Positions 54,940 through 55,040 of a DNA stretch of 55,040 nt are shown piece after piece (within the stretch, counting starts at the first letter, position 1; each line of letters begins with the position of its first letter). The notes beneath the pieces were generated by a model. The model made no database searches and was not told the DNA's origin. It saw only the letters and a list, made by a program, of their open reading frames with translations. The position numbers were made by a program, and so were the translations under genes. The DNA lies in NCBI GenBank assembly GCA_013388925.1, contig JACAEJ010000012.1, forward strand, positions 1 through 55,040, in the 5' to 3' direction. The DNA comes from Nitrososphaerales archaeon. Its GTDB lineage: Archaea; Thermoproteota; Nitrososphaeria; Nitrososphaerales; JACAEJ01.

Positions 54940-55040
54940 ACTCCGGTTGATCCTACCGGACCCGACTGCTATCGGAGTGGGGCTAAGCCATGCGAGTCGA
55001 ACGTTTCCCAACTGTGGGAAGCGTGGCGAACGGCTCAGTA
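54940..55040 (+). rRNA. 16S rRNA, 5' end (partial, continues beyond the window)
   Basis: ACTCCGGTTGATCCTACCGGACCCGACTGCTATCGGAGTGGGGCTAAGCCATGCGAGTCGAACG ... GGCGAACGGCTCAGTA is the conserved archaeal SSU 5' terminus. Confidence 0.9.

Overview
Archaeal chromosomal window of 55,040 bp, densely coding. No CRISPR array, integrase or transposase was recognised.

Gene content:
- RadA, TFE, RFC large subunit, aTrm56, an Lrp/AsnC regulator and a DGGGP-synthase-like UbiA.
- A five-subunit archaeal CODH/ACS.
- The H4MPT methyl-branch genes fwdC, mch, ftr and mer.
- A probable initiator tRNA-Met with an intron in the T-arm.
- The 5' end of a 16S rRNA at the window edge.

This fits a Wood-Ljungdahl archaeon of TACK/Thermoproteota type, possibly Bathyarchaeia-like. 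That placement is inference only. No mcr genes are in the window.

Centrepiece: a 13.4-kb co-directional array at 14.9-28.3 kb, arsR-cdhABCDE-fdx-aor-cooT-like-cooC-cooC-fwdC-mch. A ferredoxin plus tungsten-type aldehyde:ferredoxin oxidoreductase pair is welded to cdhE with zero-nucleotide spacers.

Next comes a visibly AT-richer accessory islet of about 4 kb (28.3-32.3 kb). It separates mch from the mptN-like/ftr/mer genes and carries:
- an unknown TIM-like protein;
- a PD-(D/E)xK nuclease gene with no in-frame canonical start for its N-terminal 86 codons;
- a DNA methyltransferase fused to a DCD (PUA-like) domain;
- a Spo0M/arrestin-like protein with a zinc ribbon.

Other items worth a second look:
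- a coupled HExxH protein / nucleotidyltransferase-kinase fusion / 35-codon micro-ORF module (10.4-12.9 kb);
- a TrxR paralogue lacking CxxC;
- an orphan corrinoid protein next to 1.45 kb of decayed DNA containing a matrixin gene fragment;
- a truncated GH3-like gene;
- a citramalate synthase with no canonical start upstream of its catalytic motif.

All calls rest on reading the translations by eye. No database search or composition calculation was run, and start codons are approximate.
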